A stretch of DNA of 62,982 nt, counting the filler, from Dugesia japonica (Eukaryota): the NCBI GenBank assembly GCA_001938525.1. It is 6 parts of 6 records of this genome, joined end to end, with 100 filler letters (N's around TTAATTAATTAA, not from the genome) between each part and the next. Parts side by side here need not be neighbours in the genome. Positions count along the whole stretch, not along the records: positions 21,676 to 30,427 come from MQRL01190246.1; positions 30,528 to 38,871 come from MQRL01482637.1; 4 more parts are not named here. One strand, 5' to 3'. The position numbers and the translations under genes were made by a program. A model generated the notes under the pieces. It did no database searches. It was not told where the DNA came from and worked only from the letters and a program-made list of their open reading frames with translations. This document shows positions 24,290 through 37,369 of the stretch, piece after piece. Positions within the stretch are counted from its first letter, which is position 1. Each line of letters starts with the position of its first letter.

Positions 24290-24973
24290 TTCAAATTTGG
24301 TATTAATCGTCTTAGAATTGTAAGGTAAACATTTTTTATATAGAGTTTGCTATATAAATATGCTTGGTTCTCTAGGAAAAGGTATCAGCGCACTGGAACA
24401 GTTGACCTTTTTTCTTAATTTCTCAGTCAATACTTATTATATTGCACTGAAAATGATGGCATTCAATTCAGACTAAAATTCCAAACATATTTTGTATAGG
24501 GTTTGCTGTAAATATATTTTTAGTTCAAAAGATAGAAAATTCCCAGGAGCCATGTTGCACCGAGGATGAAAAATTATCTTTTCGAGAAATATTTATGATA
24601 AGCAAACAAATTTGGTATTGGTGAACTCAGAATTAAACACTGAACATATTTCTCATATGCTTTGCTATATGAATATTTTTAATTTCCAAGATAAAGGTAT
24701 GAATGCACTAGAACACTTGACTTTGATCTACAAATTTCTCAGTGTAGACTCGTCGTATGGTTATGAATATGATGGCATTCGATTCAAAATAATATTATGA
24801 ACATATTTTGTATGAAGTTTGCTGTAAAACATTTCTTGATTCAAAAGATAGAAAATTCCCGGTTACAATGACCCATCGAAGATGCAAAATTAAACTTTAG
24901 AAATACTAATGATAATCAAACAAATTTGATATGGATCTTCTTAGAATTGAAAGGTAGAAATTGTTATATAAAG
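24290..24973 (+). repeat. ~314-bp degenerate tandem repeat (satellite-like), + arm
   Basis: Unit marker CAAATTTG recurs at about 24292, 24607 and 24921. Confidence 0.7.
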
Positions 24974-24974
24974 A

Positions 24975-25775
24975 ATCTGAAGAATTGACACCAAAAAATA
25001 GACATTTTCAAGTTGGAGACAATGTGCTAATCAAGGCAGAAAACTGATCAAAAGACAAAGAAAGATACACAGGTCCGTACGAGGTGATAAAACAGATTCA
25101 TGAAAGACGATACCTGCTAAGGAGTTCAGAAGGCAAGAATATTGATGAAATGTGGAAAAAATTTTAAAAAAATTTAAAGAGGTGGATTGAGTATTGATTC
25201 ATGAATTTCAAATATCTGAGATTTTTAAATTTTTATATATAATATTAAAATTGGTTTTTTAAAAATACAAATTAATTGAATAAAGTCTACATATTATATT
25301 ATAATAAAATTATGAAATTATAAAAATTATTTGGTAAACGTATGTTAAAAATAATCGTAAAATAAAAGTATTTCAAAATTTTAAATTATAAAATTATAAA
25401 AATTATTTTGTAAATATTAAGTTTAAAAAAGGTATTTTAAAATTAAAGTCGATATTAATATTATGTTAAATTATAAAATTATAAAAATTATTTGGTAAAA
25501 TTAGGTGTAAAAATAATTAAAAATAAATTTATTTTGGTATTTAAAAAGTCAAGATTTTTGAAAAAATCTTAAGATTTCTCAGATTATTTGTTTGAAATTT
25601 GTGAATTGTTATTTCATATTTTTAATTTTAATAAAAGACTTGTAATAATGAATAAACAATTTATGGAGATTTGTGAGACTTAAAATTTCACTAATATGGC
25701 GACCATCGCATCATTAGATTTGCTAAAAGAAGCCATGAGCCTTGGAATTTTAAAATCTGGTAAACCCAATTGATA
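24975..25775 (+). mobile_element. Gypsy fragment: integrase C-terminus, PPT, single LTR (~25188-25696), PBS and gag-like start
   Basis: KNRHFQVGDNVLIK..RYTGPYEVIKQIHERRY; purine tract AAAGAGGTGGA at 25176-25186; AATAAA near 25630 and 25651; TGGCGACC at 25697 overlapping ATG MATIASLDLL. Confidence 0.7.
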
Positions 25776-26329
25776 TAGTAAAGTCTATGTGATACAGTAA
25801 ACAAAAAGTTAGAGTAATCCAGTATATATAGTAAAGTAGTGGACATAGTAAACCAATGAACACCACACATAGATAGTATTTTGTCAAAGTATATGATCAA
25901 ATCAGACAATTCAAGTAAATTATTTAATTTATTACATTAATTTAATTTAATTTTAATCTATTATAATGTTTAGAAAAATATGTACTATTTTGAAAGTTAT
26001 GTTTAATTTAAATTTATGTTTTTATTGCTGTCAATAAATTTATTTTGTAAATTTTATAAATTTTTGAAATTTTAAATTTTATGTGTGTTGCCAATAACGA
26101 TATTTTAATAGTTTAAATTTTTTATCATGTAATTTTATTATTTTAGTTTTTCAATGTTTATAGTTTGTATAAATTTTAACGCTTATTTTTAAAAGTAAAT
26201 CAAAATTAATATCATAAAAATCATTAAAATGTGTCATTTACTGGAAAAAATCTTGAATTTAAAATTTTGAAATTTAATGAAAATTAATTAAAATTAACAC
26301 ATGAAATATAATTATTAGAAGGTAGCATT

Positions 26330-27393
26330 TTTATACAACAAACCCCATAAACGAAATGTTCAGTTTTTTATTTTAACTTTAATGGTCTTAAATATTTTAA
26401 ATATTGTTATTATTTTAATTATAATTTATAATTAATTATATAATTACATATTTTTTTGAGAATCATGCATATTTGTACAATATACCATGTGTGGAATATG
26501 TTCAGTTTTATATTCTGAGTTTAAAAAGACCAAATTTGTTTGACTGTTCTTAGTATTTCCCAGAAAAGATAATTGTCTAATTATCATTTGATAACCATAC
26601 CATATGTTTCCGTCGAGAAATTCGCAGATCAATGTCAAGTGTTCCCGTGCGCTCATACCTTTATCTTGGAAACTAAAATTATTCATATAGCAAAGCATAC
26701 ATGAAAATTTTATAGTTTTGAATTCTGAGTTCAACAATACCAAATTTGTATGATTATCATAAGTATTTCCAGAAATAATAATTTACTATGTACAGTGGTC
26801 ATGGCACCTGACCATTTTCTATCGTTTAAACTAAGTATATATTTAAAACAGACCATTTACGAGATATGTTCAGAATTTTATTCTGAATCAAATGCTGACA
26901 CGTTCATGATCATACGATAAGTTTTGGTTGAGAAATTTAAAAAACAAAATAACTGTTTCCGTGGGCTCATACCTATTCTGAGAGAACCAAGCATATTCAT
27001 ACGGCAAACTTTATATAACAATTTCCACCTTTCAATTCTAAGAAGATCCATATCAAATTTGTTTGATTATCATTAGTATTTCTAAAGTTTAATTTTGAAT
27101 CTTCGATGGGTCATTGTAACCGGAAATTTTCTATCTTTTGAATCAAGAAAGGTTTTACAGCAAACCCCATACAAAATATGTTCATAATTTTATTTTGAAT
27201 CGAATGCCATCATATTCATAACCATACGACGAGTCTACACTGAGAAATTTGTAGATCAAAGTCAAGTGTTCTAGTGCATTCATACCTTTATCTTGGAAAT
27301 TAAAAATATTCATATAGCAAAGCATATGAGAAATATGTTCAGTGTTTAATTCTGAGTTCACCAATACCAAATTTGTTTGCTTATCATAAATAT
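26330..27393 (-). repeat. ~314-bp degenerate tandem repeat, inverted arm; 27010-27393 is a near-identical reverse complement of 24591-24973
   Basis: Direct comparison. ORF-track peptides 24612..24800(+) and 27182..27403(-) are nearly identical. Confidence 0.85.
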
Positions 27394-27978
27394 CAAGGAT
27401 CATCTAGTGTTTGGCGCAGCCTAGAGTGCTAACACATATACATAGTTGAACACTTAATAAATGATCATTTACTTCAGAAAAAAATCATACTCATTTTATA
27501 GTTTAGAAATTCTTTAGTATTTATCAAATTTAATTTGTTTTCTTTTGACATTAATGATTTGAAATTGTTAATTTTCATTTAAAATATTATAAAGGCATTC
27601 CTTTGATATTGGATTATTATATTTTAGCATATGTTTATTTCAAATGGAAAAATCAATTTAAGAACCAATATACAACAGATGAGACTACAGGCTGCCTTTA
27701 TTTAGTATACTTTGAAAGCTACGTAGTTGTTACAGTTTTGGAAGGTCAGAGTGAATTAAAAACGTCCCCATTTGATAATTTCACTTTACAAGTTTCTAGA
27801 GGAGGTAAATATGTGTTCTTGTGCAGATTATCGGATGAGGAAAATAAAATCTACTTTATTAAATCGAAGACAATTGAAATATCTTGTAATTTTATTTTTG
27901 ATATATAGAATATTTATTTATTATATAACTAAAATATGTAGAAGTATCCTATCCGGACCAGTATGTGACGTAATCGCA

Positions 27979-28610
27979 AGGTGTGAAATTTCACACTTTA
28001 ACGTAAACAATGGACATTGATACCCTCAGTGTGAACTTTCACACCTTTCGCGACAATTTTCACACCTTTAAAATAAACAATGTTAGTTGTGAAATATCAC
28101 ACCTGTATTTGACCTGGAAAATTACTTTTTATTTTTATTCTAGTAAATTACATCGAGTAAATTACATAACTAAATGTAAATAATATATTTATATTGTTTT
28201 TTGTTTAAAGCATTGTGCATTGAGCAATAATAAATGGAATTATTATAACTATTATTATTTAAATGTTATTATTATAGGTGTGAATTTTCACACTTCATTT
28301 TTCCTAAAATTATTTTTTTGTTTTAATTAACATGAAAACAAATTCGCACATCATTTCATTATTCACATCTAAATGTAAATAATAGATTTTTATTGACTTG
28401 TAAATTTTTGCACATTATTATTTTATTATTATTATTAAAATGCTTTTTTTCTAGGTGTGAACTTTCACATCTTCATTCAAACAATGAAATTTCATAAGTG
28501 TAGAACATTTATCGGCATTATTTTTGTAATTGTTATGAAATATTTTTATATAAGGTGTAAATATAAACAGTGAATTTCACACCTTTAGCGCGAACTTTCA
28601 CAACCTAAAC
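27979..28610. repeat. Cluster of palindromic T-box-like sites AGGTGTGAA-TTTCACAC(C)T
   Basis: Copies at about 27979, 28029, 28059, 28088, 28276, 28453, 28570 and 28590. Confidence 0.7.
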
Positions 28611-29299
28611 TTTACAATTTTTCGTTTAAATTTCATGGAATAGTTAGTCTCAGAACAATATTTGTTTTATCTATGAAAATATACATTTTAAAAATGAATT
28701 TTCTCTTATAATTCATCATTAACATTATTATTAATATTATTATAATAATATTTATTATTACTATTATTATTGTTAGTTGGATTTTGAAAACTCATCGAAT
28801 CGTCAACATCAGAATTCAAATTCATTACAACGATTTATTAAAATAAAAACTATGACATCATTAATTGTTTTAAACAAACAAATTTAAAAATTCATATTTA
28901 AAAACGGAAAATCTAAATATTTAATTTTATATATTTTTAAATTTCATTATATTTAAATTATATTTTGATTTTTAAAAAAATACACTAAAATAGATATGTT
29001 TTATTCTTTTAAAATATGTTTGATTTTTTAAAAATACATTAAAATAAACATCATTTTTTATTTAATATTATATTTTATTTGAAAATATTTTGATTTTAAA
29101 AAATACAATAAATAGATATATTTTATTCATTAAAAAAAATACCATAAAATGAACATCTTTTATTTATTCAATTTTATATTTTAAAAATCCTTAAATTTTA
29201 GTAATTTCTTGGTAAATTATTTTCTTGATAAAATTTTAAGATAGGTGGGTCATATGGTAAGCTTTTATTATTTTCTTTCCAAACTCCTTTATCGTCATT

Positions 29300-30000
29300 A
29301 TTAGTCAAAGCTACCTTAGATCCAAAGAATTACACATTCCAGAATATAGATTATTACCAAAAACAGAATTAATTTTTTTAGAAAGAATTGCAATAAATAA
29401 ACCTATTCATGTTTCAAATTTAAATAGAATAACTGCTAAATCAAATTTAGACACAAGTGGAACTTATTCAATTAAAATTAGTAGTCTTGCATTTCAACCA
29501 AGATATATTTTTATTTGCATAAAAGATAGTGAAATTTCATATGAAAAAAATAACAATCTATTTATTCAGAAAAGTACAATAATCACAAAAGGTGTTGCAC
29601 CAGCAGCAGATGTACCCAAAGATCATTATTTAAAAAGTATGCAGATACAATTGAATAATTCTTATTACCCAATAAACGAATTAAAATTTAATATTGGAGA
29701 TAATGAAATGATTTATCCTTATATGTAAAATGTTGTCGTAGGGTTTTAACGGAACCTCAAATATCACTTTTAGATTTTGGAAATCTTTATCTAATATTTT
29801 GTTTTGATGTAAGTGCTCATGATGATAAAATAAATATTAATAATGTTGATGTCACACTTCATTTAACAAAATATCCAGATTTCAAAATTACAATTTACTG
29901 GTGTATACTTGAAGAAAAATATGTAGAAATGAAAATAGCTAACAGCAAAATTGTTATGGTTGAGAATGTTAGAGGGATTGATATTTTAATGTTAACTTTA
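29300..30000 (+). pseudogene. C-terminal half of a second, different Polinton/adintovirus major capsid protein (one frameshift/stop)
   Basis: KELHIPEYRLLP..., QPRYIFICIK, SMQIQLNNSYYP, DFGNLYLIFCFDVS..DVTLHL, IYWCILEEK. Largely missed by the ORF track. Confidence 0.72.
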
Positions 30001-30004
30001 ATAA

Positions 30005-30427
30005 ATGAAGAATTTTATATGTGACAATTGTGGTAAAATAATATTAAAAAAGAATAAGTCAAGACATTTAGATTTGTGTATAAACAGCGTAGCCCATAAA
30101 AGGAAAAAATGTGGCGACTTACAAAATTCAAAAATAATTTCAACATTATTAAAACCAATTACTACAGAAAAATATCCGGGTGAAAGACATTTGTTTAAAC
30201 ATAATTACACTGGACCTGAAACTAGATTAGATATTAGATTAGATTCCGAAGGCAAGCTAAATCTAGGTGAAGAACCAATTAATAATGTAGATAGTGCCGC
30301 ATTAAAACATGACATTGCATATAATTCAGAAAATATTAGAGATCGACATATTCCAGATGTAAATTTAATACATGATTTAAATAATATTGAAAATCCAACA
30401 TTAACAGAAAAATTTCAAAGAGCTCTT
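30005..30427 (+). CDS. Zinc-finger plus parvovirus-type phospholipase A2 domain protein (adintovirus PLA2-like); truncated by gap
   Basis: N-terminal CDNCGK...RHLDLC; Ca-loop-like NYTGPE; catalytic helix PINNVDSAALKHDIAY; R..D motif. Confidence 0.85.
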
Positions 30428-30527
30428 NNNNNNNNNNNNNNNNNNNNNNNNNNNNNNNNNNNNNNNNNNNNTTAATTAATTAANNNNNNNNNNNNNNNNN
30501 NNNNNNNNNNNNNNNNNNNNNNNNNNN

Positions 30528-31114
30528 TTCAGGAAATATTCATTTTCCTGTTTGAAAATGAGCATTTTGCATATTTAAACACGCTTTATTGGCCATCAGT
30601 AAGTTTATGAGGCGCCCATATTCCTGCTTTGCTTTTTATACCTATCTTCTTTAAATTTCGACGAATCGTTACTTTGTTTATTCCCAATTGTGAACTCATT
30701 CCAACCAGTATTTGACCGATTTTTTTCGATTGATGCCTGTATAACGTCAGTATCCACAGTCAGCGATCTGCCCAATCTAAAGCGTCCGTTAAATCAAAAT
30801 TTCCGACTTTGAATATGGAAAACCATCTCCGAAATTTTCTGACATCAAGAGCATTTTAAAAGATTTGGTTAATTGACCTTGCAGCCTCTGATGCCGTTTT
30901 ACCATGATAAAATTCGTAACTCATACAATTTACTATGTGGTCTTCATTAGGAATTTATCTGTCATTTCTACAGATTTAATACATATTCATCAAATTACTC
31001 GAAAAATATTTCACAAAATCGCCAAAAACAAATGATTTGATATATTTAAACAATTTATTAATTGATTGAATATGAAGTATTAAAAAAATCCATTACTTAT
31101 GTGTCGACCTAATA
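30528..31114 (-). mobile_element. 5' part of a decayed mariner transposon (TIR plus HTH and WVPHEL-like region)
   Basis: TIR TA-TTAGGTCGACACATAAGTAATGG on the minus strand ending ~31114. Peptides YEFYHGKTASEAARSIN, RRWFSIFKVGNFDLTD and GIWAPHKLT. Confidence 0.85.
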
Positions 31115-31795
31115 ATAAAAAATTAGTGATTTTAAAATAACAAGTAGTTTACTTAAATATTGAGAATTTGACGAAAAGAAATTAAGAAGCATGCAAATTA
31201 GAATTAGCTATAGAATTGAACAAAAGATTTCAGATTTGTTCAATTATCGAATTTTATTTGAAAACAAGATTTGTTAATATGTATTTTGGAATAAATATAG
31301 TTTAATATAAAAATTTCTGAATTTTATATGAACGAGTACGTATGCTCTGCTTCTAATAATAATTGCGAGGCATACATACCTCAGAATTTCCTAAATTTTC
31401 ATCTAACATAATAAAAATTGTTTATAAAAGATTTATTAAAATACAATTAATATACAAGGTTTCACAAATATGTTACCAGATAAAATTTACAATTCAGTAA
31501 GAATTAATACAATATTGCACTAAAAGGAGCAATTACAAAACTTAGCAAATTACAGGATTATAAATTCCAAAAATTACTTACTATTAATCTTCAATTATTT
31601 CTTAACTTCAATTCCAAATTATTATTCAAAAAACTTAAACACTTTTTATATCTTTTTGGAATATTTAAACAACTAAAATATTCACTTTTCATATTTTCCT
31701 CACAAAAATAATAATTATTATTTTATATCATTTATTCTTATATATTATCATTATATTTTTTTAAATTATAATATAAATTATAATATAAATTATAT

Positions 31796-32077
31796 ACTGG
31801 GTGTTTGTTTAACATAGGGCAAAAAATTAAGGAATTATTCCTTGCCATATTTTATGAATAATTATATAGTAAATCTTTTTTCTAGATCGTCTCGTTTCAA
31901 AGATACACACATTTAAAGATTTTCAAAAACACAAACAATTTCAATACGCATAATATAGAAATGCATNNNNNNNNNNNNNNNNNNNTCATTTGAAAAAATA
32001 TAATGATATATTTATATGTATAAACATCCAAGGAATAATCCCTTAAATTTTTGCCTCATGTTTAACTAACACCCTGT
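31796..32077. mobile_element. Tc1/mariner-type MITE
   Basis: TIRs TA-CTGGGTGTTTGTTTAACATAGGGCAAAAAATTAAGGAATTATTCCTTG / CAAGGAATAATCCCTTAAATTTTTGCCTCATGTTTAACTAACACCCTG-TA with TA flanks. Confidence 0.75.
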
Positions 32078-34357
32078 ATGAATTTTTAAAATAATCAAAA
32101 GTCATCTAAGTAGAAATAATAGAATATAATAATTTTATAATACTGTAAATCTTCACAAAATGTAGCTTGTATAATTAAACAATTATTATTTATTTCAATT
32201 TTACAATATATATATGTTAATATTATCATACCGTCATTCTAGTACACCATAAGATGCCAAAATAATAAAGTATTTATTTTATACTCTGAGAACATAATTC
32301 ATAACTCCGCTTTCCTTTTTTCCCAGATCAGACTGATTTTCTGGGCTTTAACCAGAACTAAAATCGCTATTGAAACAAGAATCGGCCTTAGTTCTTTATA
32401 TATAGCAAATAAAATTTATCATACATATAAATTATATTCTGGTACGGACTTTAATTAGAGAAACACGGTATTTCTTATAAAGCAGTATTTCTAAATTCAA
32501 AATACACCACGGACCAGTATTTAACTTACTAATAAATTCATTAATTTTTTTTGTAGAAAATCGTCATTGATAACAAATGATTTCTCATTATTGATTTGCA
32601 GATGAGGTGAAGTTTTAAGTAGATAATCAATGATTTAATGTAACAAAATCAGAAATATCATTAATTTGAATTAAATTCAAAAAGTTATTAAACGTTTTTT
32701 GAAAAAGTTTACTTTTTTAAAAAAAACGCATGATAATTATTCAGTAATTTTGCGGACCACAAAAAAAATTCTTGGAAACACTGCCATATTGCAATTATTT
32801 AAGAAAATTAAGAAAATTAAATGCATTTTTTGTCAAAATTTCGATTAAATTAAAATTAAATTTCATAATTTTAATATTATGTATGAAAATAATTTCATCC
32901 GAACTAAATTAATTGATATTCCATTAATATTTTGTACAAATATATTTTTTAGACAAATTACTCATTTTATTTACTTATTTTGTAAATGTATAAATCTGAA
33001 TGTTTTTCTCTAATACGCATTATGAAGTTTTTACATGTTTGACTAACTTTTTCAAAATTTATTTCTCTTTCTCTTAGTTAAATACTGGTGAAGTAATTTC
33101 TAGAAACAAAGAAGGAAATGAATAAACTGTGACTCGTGTTTTTTAATATAAGATCACTATCGCTATCAGAATGAAAGCATGTATCGTGAGAATAACTGAA
33201 AGTATTAGAGAACAACTAATTAAAAAACCAATCAATTATGAAACATTGTGACTATTCAATTTATAAACAATATTTTAGTCAATAAAAAACAAAAGCATTT
33301 CTAAGTATTTAAAAAGATGTTAAATTTATAATGAAATTTTTAAATTTACTTTTACTCATTTTTAAACATTTCGACACAATCTTCACCAAGATCGACAGTA
33401 CAATTCATTTTTGCAATTAAATTTTACATAGCAATCCAATGGAAATTAATTTGATTTAAATTGATTCTTATTGGTTAATAATTTACAATATTAAATAAAT
33501 AGGAAATGTTAACGGTTAACTTTCCCAAGCATTAAAATGTTTTGATTTTTTAACTATTCATCAATTTTTGCATTTAAAAAACGACATAAAATCTGTTTGC
33601 TTGTTACCTAGCTAGATTGTTATTAAATTAATCATACCATTTGTTCAGGTATATATATATATATAATAAATTTTTATCTAATTGTCGATAAAACAATAAC
33701 AATTTCAATAACTAGACATTTTAAACATTAAACACATTCAGCTAGGAATCATTAAGTGCTATTTATAAATTATTTTTGACTCCACAAATTTTTTTCTTAA
33801 GAAATTTTTCTTTGGAAACGAAAGTTATTATTTCCAAATCACGTCATTTCAATGTTTAAAGGTCAAAGTTAGATTTATTCAGCCATAAACAAATCTGAAA
33901 ATTACCTTCCTTTGATTGTTCATTGATAAATTGATTGAAAACTGAAAATTTGGCAAATAATAAAGAATAATTTATTTAATATAAAAAGCTCATGGTATAA
34001 TGTGAGCGAATGATTTAATTTTATCTAAGGAAGACATCTAAAGGTGAAAAGATTTAAATAGGGTAACATGTAAATGAGCCATTAAAAGTGATATTAATTA
34101 ATGTTGATTATCTAATTACAAAGCCGTAAGCTAAATACAATTATAAAGTTGAGTTAGATATTCCGATAAATTTTGATTAAAATTCATATTTATTTCAGCA
34201 AGATATTTTAATTAATTCATTTTAATAAAAGTTGGTTGATTTGTATTTGAAAGACATTTTGTTAAAAATGCTTTTCAAATTAATAAATTAATTTTCATTC
34301 ATTTTCAATTAAACAAGGATAGATCAAAAATATTATTTTTTTTATAATTTTCTTAGA

Positions 34358-34405
34358 GCAGGGTTTCTTAACCTCTGGTCCATGGTCCCCTAAGGGGTAC
34401 ATGGG
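34358..34405 (+). mobile_element. hAT-like terminal fragment, cut by gap
   Basis: CAGGGTTTCTTAACC..GGTCCATGG..CCCTAAGGGG resembles hAT/Charlie-type MITE ends. Confidence 0.4.
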
Positions 34406-35546
34406 NNNNNNNNNNNNNNNNNNNNNNNNNNNNNNNNNNNNNNNNNNNNNNNNNNNNNNNNNNNNNNNNNNNNNNNNNNNNNNNNNNNNNNNNNNNNNNN
34501 NNNNNNNNNNAGAAAAGCCAACCCATTGATTGAAATAAATTAATTCATTTGATAATATGCCTGGAAATGAGACAATGATGACTGTTAGAAGTGATTAAAG
34601 AAGCACAGAATTATTGGAATTATTATCCTCGAACATCAAGATAAAAGAGGTGCGGAAAGTTGTCACGAAGCACAGGGGCATTCGATCAAATTTTACAGAT
34701 ATTCATGAATAAATAACAACTAGGAACGACTTCTCTAAAATCTCAATACTACTAAACAGTAACAATAAATCAATAAGTAATACTTTAATAAATTTCAATG
34801 AAATCAATAATGTTTATAAATAATTATCGATAAATTTTTGAAAGCAGACAATAGGATTTGACGTGTAAATTCTAAAACTCTAAAAATTCATAAATTATCT
34901 AAGTAATTAAATTTCAAACTCTACCAACTTTTATCGCTTAAATTTAATATTATAGATTAAAATCAAATTTTCCAAAAGATTTAATTCAAATTTTATTTAT
35001 AGAAAGAATTAATTTTATTTTTGATACATTTTCCTTTCTGACTCATTTTTCATTTCTGAATTTTCTTTCAAATTTTATCCGATGAAAGTCAATAGTTGGT
35101 GAGTCACTTTAATATAGATATTTAGTAGGGCATTTATTATTTTAGTTATATATTATTAATAACCGTGAGAATCTAAGCAGTAAAAAAAAATTGGAATTCC
35201 GATTCATTGTTGTATTCCAATACAAAATTTCTCTTGCTCCATGATTCATTCTGTTACAATTAAACACAGTCTAACCACAACAGAGTTGTCGCTTTTCTTT
35301 CACCAATCGATTATGTGTTTTGAATACTTTTTTTAAAGTACAATTAAAATTCCAATTTTATATTTTATTTACAATTAAAATCAAAGAAAAAGTTAATTTA
35401 TTCAAAATTTCGTTTGTGTAATTCTTGGAGAGATATTATTCTAAAAATGAAGTTGTCATTAATTATTATTATTATTACTATCATTATTATTCCCAATTGT
35501 GTACATCATAAAGTTACAATAAGAAAAATAAAAAACAAACTCTTAC

Positions 35547-35676
35547 ATTCCATCAGCTGATAATGTCGAATTCGCAATTGCCGAATCTTTGGAGTTGCTT
35601 CGGCAAACATTTCCAACCACAGTTTTCCAACCGTTGTCTGCAGCTCGATAATTGATGTTCCCATGACAACTGGTGG
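35547..35676 (-). CDS. Internal exon (130 bp) of an unknown gene; in phase with exon 37370-37889
   Basis: Acceptor ...cactatcag and donor gtaagag. The phase-1 join gives an open frame ATSCHGNINYRAADNGWKTVVGNVCRSNSKDSAIANSTLSADG. Confidence 0.6.
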
Positions 35677-37369
35677 CTGATAGTGACAGAAACAAAACAA
35701 TCAATAGAAACAGCAAAATATATCAATATATTTATTACCTAAATAAATGAATAAAGGTTCTATAATATTTCATTATTAATTTCTAGGGAATTATTTTGTC
35801 TCGAAATGTGTTAAATTAACTCGTTGACTTTGAAATTGCCGCCACTAATTAGTTCGATATGGTTGAGTTAGATAATTAATTAATTCTACAATTACTATTT
35901 AAATCTGCTGGTTGGATAGCATCATCATATCATCAAATCGATTTCTCTTTTAGATTTAATTAATCACCTTAATTGATTGTATTGATTTTTCAATATTTGA
36001 TTGTTTAATTTTTTTGAAATTTATTTGAGATTTTATTAATCTACTCTTGAAATGTAAATTTGAAATTTCGATTTTTTTTGTAATAGCTTAGCATAAAAAA
36101 AAATAATAAAAAATAGTTTTCAAACCCTTTATTTTTAGAATTAATAAACAACCAATGAAATGATTTTGAAAATACAAACAATTTAAGTTGATTATTGGAT
36201 ATATTGGAAAAAAATAAATAAATTAAATTTCCATCAATATTTTATTAATAACAATTCTAGTTCTAACCAAGATTCGATAGTTTTGTCCAGGGTATTAATT
36301 AATTTTTGTTTAATTTTTGGCAATTGTTCAAGATTTGACATTTGTTTAATAAAAGAAGTGTTAAAAGTTATAAGTACTTTTCTTGTTATTTGGAGCCATT
36401 TTGATTGGTTCTAAGATGAATTAATATTTTTGAACATTTCATCCCAAAGAACTACTCATCCATAAATAAAACATTATATAAATAAGTATCTAACATTATT
36501 ATTATATTAAATTAATAAATAAAACGGATAAATAATATTTAAAAATTTGCTCCGAATAATGGAATGTAGCTAAGCAAGTTTTGATTAGAAATGATTATGA
36601 TCAATTTGTGTTTTCTGAAATAGATTATTTTACGGAACATTTAAGGTAATCTTATATATAGTATTCATAATTCCGCTTTATTGTAACAATATTACAGTGA
36701 AATTTCCTCAATATTGTTATCAATTCAGATTAAAACAATGATTTATCAATTTTTAAAATATTATTTTTCAATTTCATGTTGTGAAAAATATTAAAATACA
36801 TATTGCAATCAATCTCTCTTAATTCTCTCAAATTTATTTATAGGTATGAAAATCGGTACAGAAATTGTTTTCAATTAATTTAGAATTTCGGACAGAACTT
36901 ATTAAAATGATGTAACAAAACAAACGAAATATATTTGACATTTATCAGATATTATTTAAAAAAATTAAAAATCTTTTCATTGAAGCTTTTAATTTAATGA
37001 AATTGGACAGATATTCCAATTATTTAGAAATGAATATTTTGAACATATTAAAATCAATTACACAACTGTAATTATTATTAGAACTCAATAGAATAACAAG
37101 AATATAAAATGGAAATTGGAATTCTCCATAACACCTTGATTGGTAATGAAACTGAACGAGAAAAACAACAGAATCAGAAAAATTAAGAATCTAATCAAAC
37201 GTATTTCTGTGAAGCGAATTAATTAAATTTTCTCGAACAAAATCAACTCAATAAATTCTTATTTTCAAATTGATATAAAATAGTTTAAAATTTATTTTTT
37301 CAATGATTTTTCGCATAATAAATTAAGATACCAGAATATTTTACTTGTTTTAAAAAATATAATGATTAC

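Noticed and set aside
24612-27403. Duplicated small-protein gene family (MVLVNSELNTEH..., ORFs at 24612, 26444, 27182)
   Set aside because: The ORFs fall within ~314-bp satellite units, two of them start at non-ATG codons, and other units are not open.
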